Below are positions 10,096 to 19,083 of a stretch of DNA of 40,000 nt, in pieces. How positions within the stretch are numbered: position 1 is the stretch's first letter; every line of letters begins with the position of its first letter. The notes beneath the pieces are model-generated. The model made no database searches. It saw only the letters and a program-made list of their open reading frames with translations, and had not been told where the DNA came from. The stretch is from an uncultured Oscillospiraceae bacterium. GTDB lineage: Bacteria; Bacillota; Clostridia; Saccharofermentanales; Fastidiosipilaceae. The position numbers and the translations under genes are program-made. The stretch is taken from the NCBI GenBank assembly GCA_964345295.1, contig CAYFQG010000011.1:1-40000 (forward strand), in the 5' to 3' direction.

Positions 10096-11079
10096 CTAAG
10101 CTCCCCCTCCCAGGCCGAATAAGAATTTTAGCCGATCGTCCAGATCTAAATCCTGGCCGAAAGGTCTGGGCAAGTCTTCCGTAGAGCCGCCCAATCTCTT
10201 AATAGCCGAAATAATTTCTAAATAAAGACTCCGATCAATCGTTTCGTGATGGTCTTCTATATAAGATCTTAATAAAGGTATAGCACTTAAGGTGCCTAAG
10301 TCTCCCAAACAAATGGTCACCAGTTGCTTATTTGTAAACTTCCTAAAGGCTAAACGGAACACGGGATAAGCCTTTTGCCTTCCGTCGGGCGACTTCTGGG
10401 CCAAAACCACCATACCTTCCAAAAGTCGGTCCAAGCCTCGATCCGAATTCGGATTTTCTTTGATTTCTCTCTCCAGGATAAGAATAAGATCATCCAGAAG
10501 CTCCGGCGCTAGGGCCTTCACATAAGACGCCATAGCGTCGGAAACTCTTTCATCCGGCTGAGGACCTTGCAAGTACCAATCAATAAGCTCTTCCATAAGG
10601 TCTGCCTTATTAGAGATGGCCAAAAGATGCAAAGCTTGCTGGAGGAAAAAGACCTCTTCCAAGCGGCGTTCATCGCTATCCGATAAGTCGGGTCTTAACT
10701 TTAAGACATCATTTAGGAAAACTTCCTGCTTGGCTTCAGGCAAGGCCGAAAACTTGACTTCAAAAACCTCGGGCAAGGGAAAATCGGATTGCTCCGCCAT
10801 ACCTTTAAAGAAAAGGTAAAAATCGTCTTCGTTTAAAGTCCCTAAATAAGCATCCAAAGAAAGGCCTTGCAAGAATTCCTGGTCCCGGCTCAGCCAATCG
10901 GCCTGAGCTGAAGCGAAATCCTGTTCCAAGCCCCTGGCAAAGTCTCTTTCAGATAAGTTCTCTTCTTGCTTGGCGTTAAGCAGTTGATCAAATATATGTG
11001 AAAAGGCCTCATTCATCGTACAAGCGAAGCCCCTTCCTAAATCATAAGCTGTCATCAAATCCTCCTTAGGTTCAGACAT
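10096..11079 (-). CDS. Hypothetical acidic alpha-helical protein (possible HEAT/ARM-like repeats)
   Basis: 327-aa ORF that ends 3 nt before the hprK start. It has a good ORF length and a GGAGGA-type SD (AAGGAGGATTTGATG). I recognise no catalytic motif. The C-terminus (GDLGTLSAIPLLRSYI) resembles a HEAT-like repeat. Confidence 0.6.
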   Translation of the reverse strand: MSEPKEDLMTAYDLGRGFACTMNEAFSHIFDQLLNAKQEENLSERDFARGLEQDFASAQADWLSRDQEFLQGLSLDAYLGTLNEDDFYLFFKGMAEQSDFPLPEVFEVKFSALPEAKQEVFLNDVLKLRPDLSDSDERRLEEVFFLQQALHLLAISNKADLMEELIDWYLQGPQPDERVSDAMASYVKALAPELLDDLILILEREIKENPNSDRGLDRLLEGMVVLAQKSPDGRQKAYPVFRLAFRKFTNKQLVTICLGDLGTLSAIPLLRSYIEDHHETIDRSLYLEIISAIKRLGGSTEDLPRPFGQDLDLDDRLKFLFGLGGGA

Positions 11080-11150
11080 AGGCTTATTTTAGCATGAAAA
11101 GTCAAGATAATAGAATATTCACAAAAAGAGCTTCAATTCTTAAAAACAAA

Positions 11151-11167
11151 TATCAAAGATAGTCAAA
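11151..11167 (+). promoter_or_regulatory. CtsR-like operator candidate upstream of hsp20
   Basis: TATCAAA-GAT-AGTCAAA compared with the CtsR consensus RGTCAAA-NAN-RGTCAAA: the second heptad is perfect and the first matches 5/7. A TATAGT -10 candidate follows at 11177-11182. Confidence 0.3.
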
Positions 11168-11225
11168 GTCAAACCATATAGTAGTAAGCGTAAAGAGAAC
11201 AAGAACAGCGAGGAGGTTTTGACAT

Positions 11226-11660
11226 ATGTTCGGTTTAGTTCCTTTTGATTTTGACGGTATGATGCGTTCCATGGATAAGCTCTTCCGTGATTACAGCATG
11301 CAGGACATGCGCATGGACGTAGAAGATTTGGGTGACAAGTATGAGATGACCGTTGAGCTGCCCGGCATGAAAAAAGAGGATATTTCACTGCGCGTAAAGG
11401 ATAATATCCTTACTATAAAAGCTTCTCATGCCAGTGCGTCACAAAACAGTCCCGATGAGGAAAGCCGGGAGACGGCTTTGACCGATCGAAACTTTATCCA
11501 CCAAGAAAGATCTTACAGATCCATGGAAAGAAGTTTCAATGTAGAAGGGGTCCTGGTAGACCAAATCCGTGCCAGATATGAAGATGGTCTGTTAATTGTG
11601 GACCTGCCTAAGGAAAATCCTACAGCACAGGATAATACTTATGAGGTCAACATCGATTAA
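11226..11660 (+). CDS. Small heat-shock protein, Hsp20/alpha-crystallin family
   Basis: 144 aa. The alpha-crystallin domain reads DVEDLGDKYEMTVELPGMKKEDISLRVKDNILTI...ERSFNVEGV...ARYEDGLLIVDLPK. A GAGGAGG SD is present. Confidence 0.9.
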   Translation: MFGLVPFDFDGMMRSMDKLFRDYSMQDMRMDVEDLGDKYEMTVELPGMKKEDISLRVKDNILTIKASHASASQNSPDEESRETALTDRNFIHQERSYRSMERSFNVEGVLVDQIRARYEDGLLIVDLPKENPTAQDNTYEVNID

Positions 11661-11663
11661 CAA

Positions 11664-11707
11664 GAAAAAGGGGAAGAGACTTAAGCAGCTCCTCCCCTCT
11701 TTTTTTG
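11664..11707. terminator. Bidirectional rho-independent terminator between convergent hsp20 and the EIIC-like gene
   Basis: The stem GGGGAAGAG (11670-11678) pairs with CTCCTCCCC (11689-11697) with one mismatch. It is flanked by an A-run upstream and TCTTTTTTT downstream. Confidence 0.7.
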
Positions 11708-11709
11708 TC

Positions 11710-12879
11710 TTAATTTAATTTAATCTTAAGATCGTTTTCTTTAATCCATCCGATTTTACGTAAAATAACAGAAAACAAATAAGATAAGATAGCCGGCAAA
11801 ACAATACAGACCAGAATCAAACCCAGCCACTCCTTGGGCCCCGGAGCTAAAAGTGTCGCACCGTATTCCAAGGCTTTTTCCGAAGGTGCGAACCATCCGG
11901 TTACCTGACCGATAGGACCGACTAAGCCGGAGGTCCCCATGCCGGATGCAATGGCAGGACCGTTCATCTGAAGTTTAAACACAACCGTAGCGATAGGTCC
12001 GGTAATGGCTGCGGCCAAAGTCGGCGGAATTAGAATGCGAGGATTTCGCATGATATTAGGCATCTGTAACATAGATGTACCCAAGCCTTGGGCCAAGAGG
12101 CCGCCCAAACCGTTTTCCTTATAAGAAATAACGGCAAAGCCCACCATCTGGGCACAACAACCGGCCAAGCCCGCACCGCCGGCCAAGCCTACCAAGCCGA
12201 AGGAAGCCGCGATAGCCGCCGAGCTTATGGGCAAGGTCAAAAGAAGTCCCATGATGACCGAAACCAGGATACCCATTAAGAGCGGTTGCTGGTCGGTGAG
12301 ACTCATGACGAAGCTGCCGATGAGATTGGCAAAATTTCCTAACCAAGGCGCTATGCCTAAGGCCAATCCTCCGCCCGAAACCAGGGTCACGAAAGGCGTC
12401 AGGATAATATCAACCGCCGTGGTCTTGGATACCAGTTTACCCAGCTCACAGGCCGGCACCGCAATAAAGAATACGGCCAAAGGTCCGCCTGCTCCCCCCA
12501 GGGTGTTGGCGGCCATGCCTACACCCGCCAAGGAAAACAGAACCAAAGGCGGTGCTTCCAAAGCATAACCGATAGCAATAGCCATAGCCGCACCGGCTGC
12601 CTGACTGCCGAATGATCCTATCTTCTGCAAACCGTCATGCCAAGCCGACCCGTCCGGGAAAATCATGGCCAAGGTATTGATAATAGTACCTATTAATAAT
12701 GAAGCAAAAAGGCCCAGCGCCATGGCGCCTAGGGCGTCAATCATGTAACGTTTAAAAGAAATAATAATATTTTGTTTGGCTAAAAAAGCTTTGAAACCGG
12801 TCTTTTGGTCCGCTTGGTGGACCAGGTTATCTTGTAAATAAGGTTTTTGTGGCGTTTTCTTATTTTTCTTCTCTTGCAT
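11710..12879 (-). CDS. Polytopic membrane protein, PTS EIIC-2-like family
   Basis: 389 aa, glycine/alanine-rich with about 10 predicted TM segments. It resembles the stand-alone PTS_EIIC_2 family by recollection. No EIIA or EIIB partner is present in the window. Confidence 0.55.
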   Translation of the reverse strand: MQEKKNKKTPQKPYLQDNLVHQADQKTGFKAFLAKQNIIISFKRYMIDALGAMALGLFASLLIGTIINTLAMIFPDGSAWHDGLQKIGSFGSQAAGAAMAIAIGYALEAPPLVLFSLAGVGMAANTLGGAGGPLAVFFIAVPACELGKLVSKTTAVDIILTPFVTLVSGGGLALGIAPWLGNFANLIGSFVMSLTDQQPLLMGILVSVIMGLLLTLPISSAAIAASFGLVGLAGGAGLAGCCAQMVGFAVISYKENGLGGLLAQGLGTSMLQMPNIMRNPRILIPPTLAAAITGPIATVVFKLQMNGPAIASGMGTSGLVGPIGQVTGWFAPSEKALEYGATLLAPGPKEWLGLILVCIVLPAILSYLFSVILRKIGWIKENDLKIKLN

Positions 12880-12897
12880 AATATCTTTTGCCGGCTT

Positions 12898-14565
12898 TTA
12901 AGCGCGGTAGAATCCTCCTTCTCGCAGATATAAAAATATTTTGGGTACAACTTGATTTTTTCTCGAGACCACTCCGGGCTGGAATGTGTGTGACTCACCT
13001 TCCCTGTTCGGGAAGACCTCACTAACAATCTCCTTGCCGGGACCGGCTGCATAGAAAATCGAGCCGTTGTCTCGGGCCGTAGTAAACATCATGATCCAAA
13101 GATAGGCATCCTTGTCTTTGGCCTTCTGTTCCATAAACTCTTCTAAGGCATTTTGGATACCTTCGGTTTCATTCAGTCGATAGAGGTTACGCTGCGAGAT
13201 GATAATCTTGCGGTCCTGAACCATATATTCTTTGACATCGCCTTCCAGCAAAGACGGCAGATCGTCCAGAAAGTTTTGTGACGACGCCTTGAAGATGGAT
13301 TCGGCCAATTCTTCGATGTTAATACCGGTGAAGTCTGACCAATGTTTGGCCATGGCACGGTCCTGGTCAGTCGTGGTAGGCGACTTAAAGTTCAGCGTAT
13401 CGGCGATGATGGCGGCTAAAAGAAGGCCCGCTACATCCGGATCCGGCTGGACATTGTTTTCCAAGAACATTTTAGAAACAATGGTTGCCGTTGCGCCCAA
13501 AGGCTCATTTCTAAAAGCAATAGGCCTGTCGGATGTAAGGTCTCCGATGCGGTGGTGGTCAATAATCTCTAAGACTTCGGCCAACTCAATATGGGGAACC
13601 GATTGCTTGGCCTCGTTGTGGTCTACTAAAACAAAACGTCTCTTAGGGGCATTCAGTAAGCGATAGCGCGACGTCATGCCCATAACACGGTTTTCGGCAT
13701 CCACGATAGGATAGGCGCGGTGCCTGGACCGCATCATCTTCTCCCTGGCATCATCGACAAATTCGGCTTCGGAGAAAACAATTAAATCTTTGGCCATAAT
13801 ACTCTTAACCGGGATAGCATAATAAATATAACGTGAAGTATTCATAGCTCCGTGGCCCGACAATATAATCGAACACTTGGCTTTTTTGGCCGCTTCCATA
13901 ACCATGGGCGCCACCTGCTTGGTCCAGACTAATACCAGGACCGAAGCCCCCTTCTCGATGGCCCTAAGCTGGCTTTGCGTATCATTGCCTAAAACAACGA
14001 TGCGCTTGTCCAATTCGTAGTAATTCAGATGGTTAGCCGATAAGGCAATAATGCTGACCTTACCGTTATGGTCGGACTCGTCTGGTGCATAAAGTAGGGT
14101 ACCGTCAATAGACTTGGCTATATTCTCAACGGACGTTTTCGCCAGCAAATCGATGGCTTTGGCCGTATCACCCCAAATGACCTGACCTATAGAAGAATTC
14201 GTAACCAGGCCTAAAAGATGGCTTCTCTCATCCTGGACCGTAAAAACCTTATGGTCGCCGTCAAAACGTTCAATAACATCTCTTAAGATGGCGTTCTCGC
14301 TGACCTTATTGGCATCGTCCATGATGCTCTCGTCTAATTGCGACCTGGCATCTTGAATGAAAAGCGGTTCTGCCTGATTAAAGCGTTCCAGGATAAAACG
14401 ACTCTCGGTCGTAAGATCTCCCAATCGACAAGGGACCACATTGTGGCCTTGTTTCTGTCTCAAATGCGCATAGGCAATAGCGGAAACAATACTGTCTGTA
14501 TCCGGATGGCGATGGCCCGTGACGTAAATAATGCCGCCTCCGCCGTCTTGTGAAAAATAACTCAT
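12898..14565 (-). CDS. CBS-domain-containing family II (DHH) inorganic pyrophosphatase
   Basis: DHH motifs are present (GHRHPDTDS, VDHNE, IIDHHRIG), followed by a DHHA2 C-terminus. An insertion of about 250 aa with CBS/DRTGG character lies between the motifs. The ORF is 555 aa. Confidence 0.85.
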   Translation of the reverse strand: MSYFSQDGGGGIIYVTGHRHPDTDSIVSAIAYAHLRQKQGHNVVPCRLGDLTTESRFILERFNQAEPLFIQDARSQLDESIMDDANKVSENAILRDVIERFDGDHKVFTVQDERSHLLGLVTNSSIGQVIWGDTAKAIDLLAKTSVENIAKSIDGTLLYAPDESDHNGKVSIIALSANHLNYYELDKRIVVLGNDTQSQLRAIEKGASVLVLVWTKQVAPMVMEAAKKAKCSIILSGHGAMNTSRYIYYAIPVKSIMAKDLIVFSEAEFVDDAREKMMRSRHRAYPIVDAENRVMGMTSRYRLLNAPKRRFVLVDHNEAKQSVPHIELAEVLEIIDHHRIGDLTSDRPIAFRNEPLGATATIVSKMFLENNVQPDPDVAGLLLAAIIADTLNFKSPTTTDQDRAMAKHWSDFTGINIEELAESIFKASSQNFLDDLPSLLEGDVKEYMVQDRKIIISQRNLYRLNETEGIQNALEEFMEQKAKDKDAYLWIMMFTTARDNGSIFYAAGPGKEIVSEVFPNREGESHTFQPGVVSRKNQVVPKIFLYLREGGFYRA

Positions 14566-14578
14566 AGCTTCTCCAATA

Positions 14579-15106
14579 CTAGTCTAAAAAAGTAGTCTCC
14601 ATCCGGTGTGCCTCGTCTCTAAGATCGAAGCTTTCTTCGGTCTTACCTAGGGCAAGGCCTCCCAGGACCTGATGACCTTCGGGTAAATCCAAGAGGTCAA
14701 AAAGCTCGGGTTTAGACAAGGCTCTGCGAAAGACTCCGTAAATGACACAAGACCCTAAGCCCAAAGCTGTGGCGGCCAAAGACATATTCTCTAAGACAAA
14801 CCCTCCGTTGGCATATTCCATATTAAGGGGTTCGGGTCCCGAGGGTTTTATCGATACAACTATTACTTGAGGGGCTCCCAAAAACGGATGCGCCTCTCTT
14901 CCCTGCAAGTCTGATTGGTGTTTTTCAAAAGCATCTAAGACAGCAGGGTCACTGACGACCGTGATATGCATATCTTCATATCTTCCCATAGCAATAGGGG
15001 CCTGCATGCCGAAGTGGAGGATTTTCTGTAAATCATCCGGGTCGGCTAAATCTCCGCTGTAAGATCTAACGGATTTACGCCTCTGCATGGCTTCAAAAAC
15101 GTCCAT
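14579..15106 (-). CDS. Nitroreductase family protein
   Basis: 175 aa. It has the N-terminal RKSVRSY motif and the typical nitroreductase fold length. An AAGGAGG SD is present. Confidence 0.8.
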   Translation of the reverse strand: MDVFEAMQRRKSVRSYSGDLADPDDLQKILHFGMQAPIAMGRYEDMHITVVSDPAVLDAFEKHQSDLQGREAHPFLGAPQVIVVSIKPSGPEPLNMEYANGGFVLENMSLAATALGLGSCVIYGVFRRALSKPELFDLLDLPEGHQVLGGLALGKTEESFDLRDEAHRMETTFLD

Positions 15107-15258
15107 TTAGCTTCCTCCTTTTTACTTGCTACTAAAATAGCATATTTCCATCCTTGAGGACACATTTACAGGCAAGAGCCGGGACTATAAAATGAGAACC
15201 GTATTTGTGAAAATTTGATTCATAGGTCCTTTCTAGGGACCGGTAAGGAGACCGTTAC

Positions 15259-16026
15259 ATGATGCGACTACATATCGAGAATATCCACAAGGCCTTCGAT
15301 GATAAAAAAGTCTTGACCGGGGCTTCCGCTGTTATAGACCAGGGCAAAATATCCGGATTAATCGGACGAAACGGAGCCGGTAAGACAACACTATTTAATA
15401 TCCTCTATGGCGACATCCCCCAAGACCAGGGCCACTTATTTTTAGAAATCGACGGAACCAAGCGCCCGCTTAAGGCGGAAGACGTTGGTCTTCTTTTTTC
15501 CAACCCTCTGGTCCCCGAATTTATGACCGGCTATGAATGCGTCAAACTCTTTTTAGATATTCATAATCTGCCGTCTGACGAAGCGTCCATAAGACAAGCC
15601 TTTGAGCTGGTCAGCTTAGACCGAGAAGATTGGGACCGCCTGATTCGCGATTACTCCCACGGTATGAAGAACAAAATTATGATGCTCATGGTCTTTTTGG
15701 CCAAACCGCCGGTCATCCTGTTAGATGAACCCTTGACCAGCTTAGATATTGTTTTGGCCGCTCAAATTAAGGACTTCTTAAGATCTTACAAGCAAGACCA
15801 TATCATCATCATGAGTACTCACATCCTGGATTTGGCCAAAAGCCTCTGTGACGATATTATCCTCTTAAGAAAAGGCGTACTTCAGGCCCTGCCGGACGAG
15901 AAGTTTAAAGACCCTGATTTCGAGCGCTACCTGGTAGACCTCTTGACGGATGAGAGCGACGAAGCCCAATTAGCCCAAGAAGAGGCTCAGGCATTAGAAA
16001 CTCCGGAGGCATGGCACCATGACTAA
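15259..16026 (+). CDS. ABC transporter ATP-binding protein
   Basis: Motifs present: Walker A GRNGAGKTT, signature-like YSHGMKNK, Walker B ILLDEP and H-loop STH. An AAGGAG SD is present. Confidence 0.9.
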   Translation: MMRLHIENIHKAFDDKKVLTGASAVIDQGKISGLIGRNGAGKTTLFNILYGDIPQDQGHLFLEIDGTKRPLKAEDVGLLFSNPLVPEFMTGYECVKLFLDIHNLPSDEASIRQAFELVSLDREDWDRLIRDYSHGMKNKIMMLMVFLAKPPVILLDEPLTSLDIVLAAQIKDFLRSYKQDHIIIMSTHILDLAKSLCDDIILLRKGVLQALPDEKFKDPDFERYLVDLLTDESDEAQLAQEEAQALETPEAWHHD

Positions 16027-17659
16027 GGCGTACCTCAAGAGCATGGGCCACTACTGGCGCTATCTTTCTATCCAAAGAATCCATCGTTTTATTTACTATT
16101 TAAGAAAATTACCTCTAATCGGAAAACACATTCCTTATAGCCTGCACCAGGTGTCTCAAGCCAATGCGCTTTTTACGATCCTGGCCCTGGTCATAGTTTT
16201 TTTCAAGCAGATTATTCATAAGGTCTTTTATTTCGGTCTTTTCTTCTTCTTCCCCCTGACAGCGGCAGAAACCCTGCCCCAAGAAGAGCTGGGTCTATAC
16301 CTGTACGGTATTTTCTTAGGCCTTAATCTTATTGTGCCCATAGGTCTGCAGACCGTATCTATGGCCAAACCCGAACGCGAATACTATGAGATGCTCCTAA
16401 TCTTTAAGGAAAATCCCAAACGCTTCTATATGTTGAAGATGTTCTTGCCCTTATTAATTAACGTTTGTTTCTTTTTGGTCTTCGGTCTCGTCAGTTTTGC
16501 TTTCATGGGGCTCCCCATAGGCCATCTCTTCTTGCTTCTTTTAAGCTATGTCTTAGTCCGACTTGCCGCCGAAGCACTGGGCTGCCTGATAAGGGAGAAA
16601 ACAGATTTCTTGGAAAGCAAGTACCAGAACTGGCTTTTTAAATTCCCTGTAGCCCTTCTGGGCATGGTCGTGGCCTATCTCCCCTTCTTCTTGATGAAGC
16701 CCTACCCCTTGACCAGCTTATCCCTGGCCCTTTTATGCCTGATTGCGGCACTTCTGGCTGTCCCTTCCTTCCTTTACCTCAGGACTTATAACTTCCATAT
16801 ACTGAAACGTAAGTCCTTAGACATCCAGGGCTTCATCGCCAACATGAACGCCATTGAGGATAATTCCCTTGTTTTAAACCAATTCATCGTAAAAAAAGAC
16901 GCCTACACCGACCATGTACCGGCCAAGATCACCGAAGGTAAATCCGGCCTGGCCTATGCCCATGCTCTTTTCTTCTACCGCTTTAAAAAGATCTTCACCA
17001 GGCCCGTTTTAATCCGCTTTTTTGTCTGCCTGGGCGGCGTTTTGATTCTTCTCATTGTGAGCCTGATTCTCCAAAATAAGGAATCCTTTAGGCAAGGTCT
17101 GGCCCAATTCCAGATTATCAAGATGATGCCGACTATCTTTTACCTTTCTGCCATCGTCTTCTCTTTTGGCCGAAACTTTACCTCACTTATTTTTGCCAAT
17201 ATGGACCGTAACCTCCTCCCCTATAGCTTCTATCGTCGGTCCGACTTGGTACGTGAAGGTTTAAAAATCCGTTTCTTGTATTTGGCCAAATTAACCGCCC
17301 CCATTATCCTGGTCTTGGTCATCGGCTTGGGCGGCTGGGCATTTCTCTTTATCCCCGAACAAGGCCCGGATATCCTGATAGTCCTCGGAACCATTGTCGT
17401 GCAAACCATCTTCTTTAACTTCTACTACTTGGTCACCTATTATCTCTTCCAGCCCTACAACTCCAATATGCAAGTGAAATCTTTACCCATGCAGCTGGCC
17501 AATTTTGCAATCTACTTTGTGACTATGTTCCTCTATATTAATGCCGACTTGCCGCTAATGATTTACCTGGCTGTGGCCGGACTGGAGCTGGTCTTTATCC
17601 TGGTCTCTATTCCCCTGGTCATCCGGCTGGCCCCGAAGAACTTCCGCCTACGTCAATAG
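16019..17659 (+). CDS. Large polytopic membrane protein, putative ABC exporter partner
   Basis: 546 aa with many hydrophobic segments. Its start overlaps the ATPase stop by 8 nt, which indicates translational coupling. It resembles the poorly characterised putative-ABC-exporter membrane family by recollection only. Confidence 0.6.
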   Translation: MTKAYLKSMGHYWRYLSIQRIHRFIYYLRKLPLIGKHIPYSLHQVSQANALFTILALVIVFFKQIIHKVFYFGLFFFFPLTAAETLPQEELGLYLYGIFLGLNLIVPIGLQTVSMAKPEREYYEMLLIFKENPKRFYMLKMFLPLLINVCFFLVFGLVSFAFMGLPIGHLFLLLLSYVLVRLAAEALGCLIREKTDFLESKYQNWLFKFPVALLGMVVAYLPFFLMKPYPLTSLSLALLCLIAALLAVPSFLYLRTYNFHILKRKSLDIQGFIANMNAIEDNSLVLNQFIVKKDAYTDHVPAKITEGKSGLAYAHALFFYRFKKIFTRPVLIRFFVCLGGVLILLIVSLILQNKESFRQGLAQFQIIKMMPTIFYLSAIVFSFGRNFTSLIFANMDRNLLPYSFYRRSDLVREGLKIRFLYLAKLTAPIILVLVIGLGGWAFLFIPEQGPDILIVLGTIVVQTIFFNFYYLVTYYLFQPYNSNMQVKSLPMQLANFAIYFVTMFLYINADLPLMIYLAVAGLELVFILVSIPLVIRLAPKNFRLRQ

Positions 17660-17688
17660 TTTACAAGGAGAGAAACATCTCTGTTATT

Positions 17689-18438
17689 TTGGAAACCAAG
17701 CAACTCAGCAAGGTCTTCGGCCAGCAAAAGGCCGTTGACGGTGCGTCTATTTCGGTCCACCGGGGCGATATCTACGGCCTAATCGGCCGTAACGGCGCCG
17801 GCAAAACCACACTGATGCGTATGATGGCCGGCCTGGCCCACCCGACTCAAGGTTCCTACCACTTCTATAATGAACAAGGTCAGGAAGTTTTGCCCGAGCC
17901 GGGTCGGTAAAAAGCCGGTCAAGTCCTTTTCTATGGGCATGAAACAAAGGTTGGGCTTTGGCCTGGCCATGGTCGGCAATCCCAGCTAATTATTCTGGAC
18001 GAACCCATCAACGGTCTGGACCCACAGGGTATAGCCGAAGTCCGAAATCTTATCACCTAGCTCAATAAAGAGTTCAAGGTGACTTTTATTATTTCAAGCC
18101 CCATCCTCGATGAACTTTCCAGGATTGCAAACCGCTTCGCAATTATTGACCAGGGCCAAATTCTGCAGGAGCTCGATCACGAGACCTTTGAAGATAAGAG
18201 CCGAGACCGCATAGAAATTCGAGTGGATCGGACCGATGTGGCCTTGGAGGCTTTGGCCGAGTTGGGCTATAGCAAGGTCCAACAAGTAAGCCCTAACGAT
18301 ATCCACATCTATGCTTCCTAAGAAGACACCGGTCGCATCGTCCTGGGTTTGGTCCGTAAAGGTTTAGAGATTAAAGGCTTTACCCTCCACCGCAACAGCT
18401 TAGAAGAATATTATCTGGCCCTAACCGGTCAACACTAG
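17689..18438 (+). pseudogene. Degraded ABC transporter ATP-binding gene (bacitracin/lantibiotic-type ABC-2 ATPase)
   Basis: Walker A GRNGAGKTT is intact. There is an in-frame TAA at 17908-17910. The signature FSMGMKQRL (17927-17953) is readable only in the +1 frame, while Walker B QLIILDEP is back in the original frame. There is an in-frame TAG at 18058-18060 and another TAA at 18319-18321. The homologous reading continues to the TAG at 18436-18438. Confidence 0.8.
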
Positions 18439-18449
18439 GAGGACAAAGA

Positions 18450-19054
18450 ATGATGCCGAGAAGATGATTTGCTGTACCTTTATTGGCGGAGTCCTAGCCA
18501 TCTTACTGATTTTTTCTCTGGTCATGTCTTTTTCATGATGCGGGCCTTTGAAAAATTTATAGAATCGAAAAGTATATCCCCTTCTCCAATTCCTGGTGGG
18601 GGCCTTTTCTCTCTTAATTCTAATGATCCTAACCTGCCTTGTTTACACCCTTACCAGCCTGATTCTAAATTATGAACCCTTCCTTATTAAGAACTTCAAT
18701 TTGCTCTGGATCCCTCTGGGTGTACAGTTTGTAGGCCACTTGGCACTCATGCGTTTAATCTTAGCTTTAGTTTCTTTAACACAAAGTATGGGCGCAGGGC
18801 TTTTATTTGGTATCATATACCCTCAGATGCTGGGACCGATCTTCTATAACCTCATGGGCTGGGCCCTCATCAAAGTCTTTAAGCTAAAAGAGGACTTCCA
18901 ACTCATTGCTTATACAAGCTTAGGAGCCATTAAGCTAACCGGAATCGGATCGGACACTAAGCAGATTGTAACGAGCCTGGTGGTATCCGTCCTGGTCATG
19001 CTTATTGGCCTGGTTGTGAGTTCTTTAGCCTTGCAGCTTAGAGATATCAAATAA
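18450..19054 (+). pseudogene. Degraded ABC-2 type permease gene
   Basis: AGGAGG plus ATG at 18450 gives only MMPRR before a stop. TM1 (KMICCTFIGGVLAILLIFSLVMSF) lies in another frame and the next segment in a third. Only the last 152 codons (18596-19054) are continuous. Confidence 0.65.
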
Positions 19055-19083
19055 AAAAAGAAATAGGAGTTTTAAAAAATCAC

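Noticed and set aside
11080-11225. A CIRCE/HrcA operator upstream of hsp20.
   Set aside because: There is no match to TTAGCACTC-N9-GAGTGCTAA. Only a TTAGCA half-like hexamer is present.
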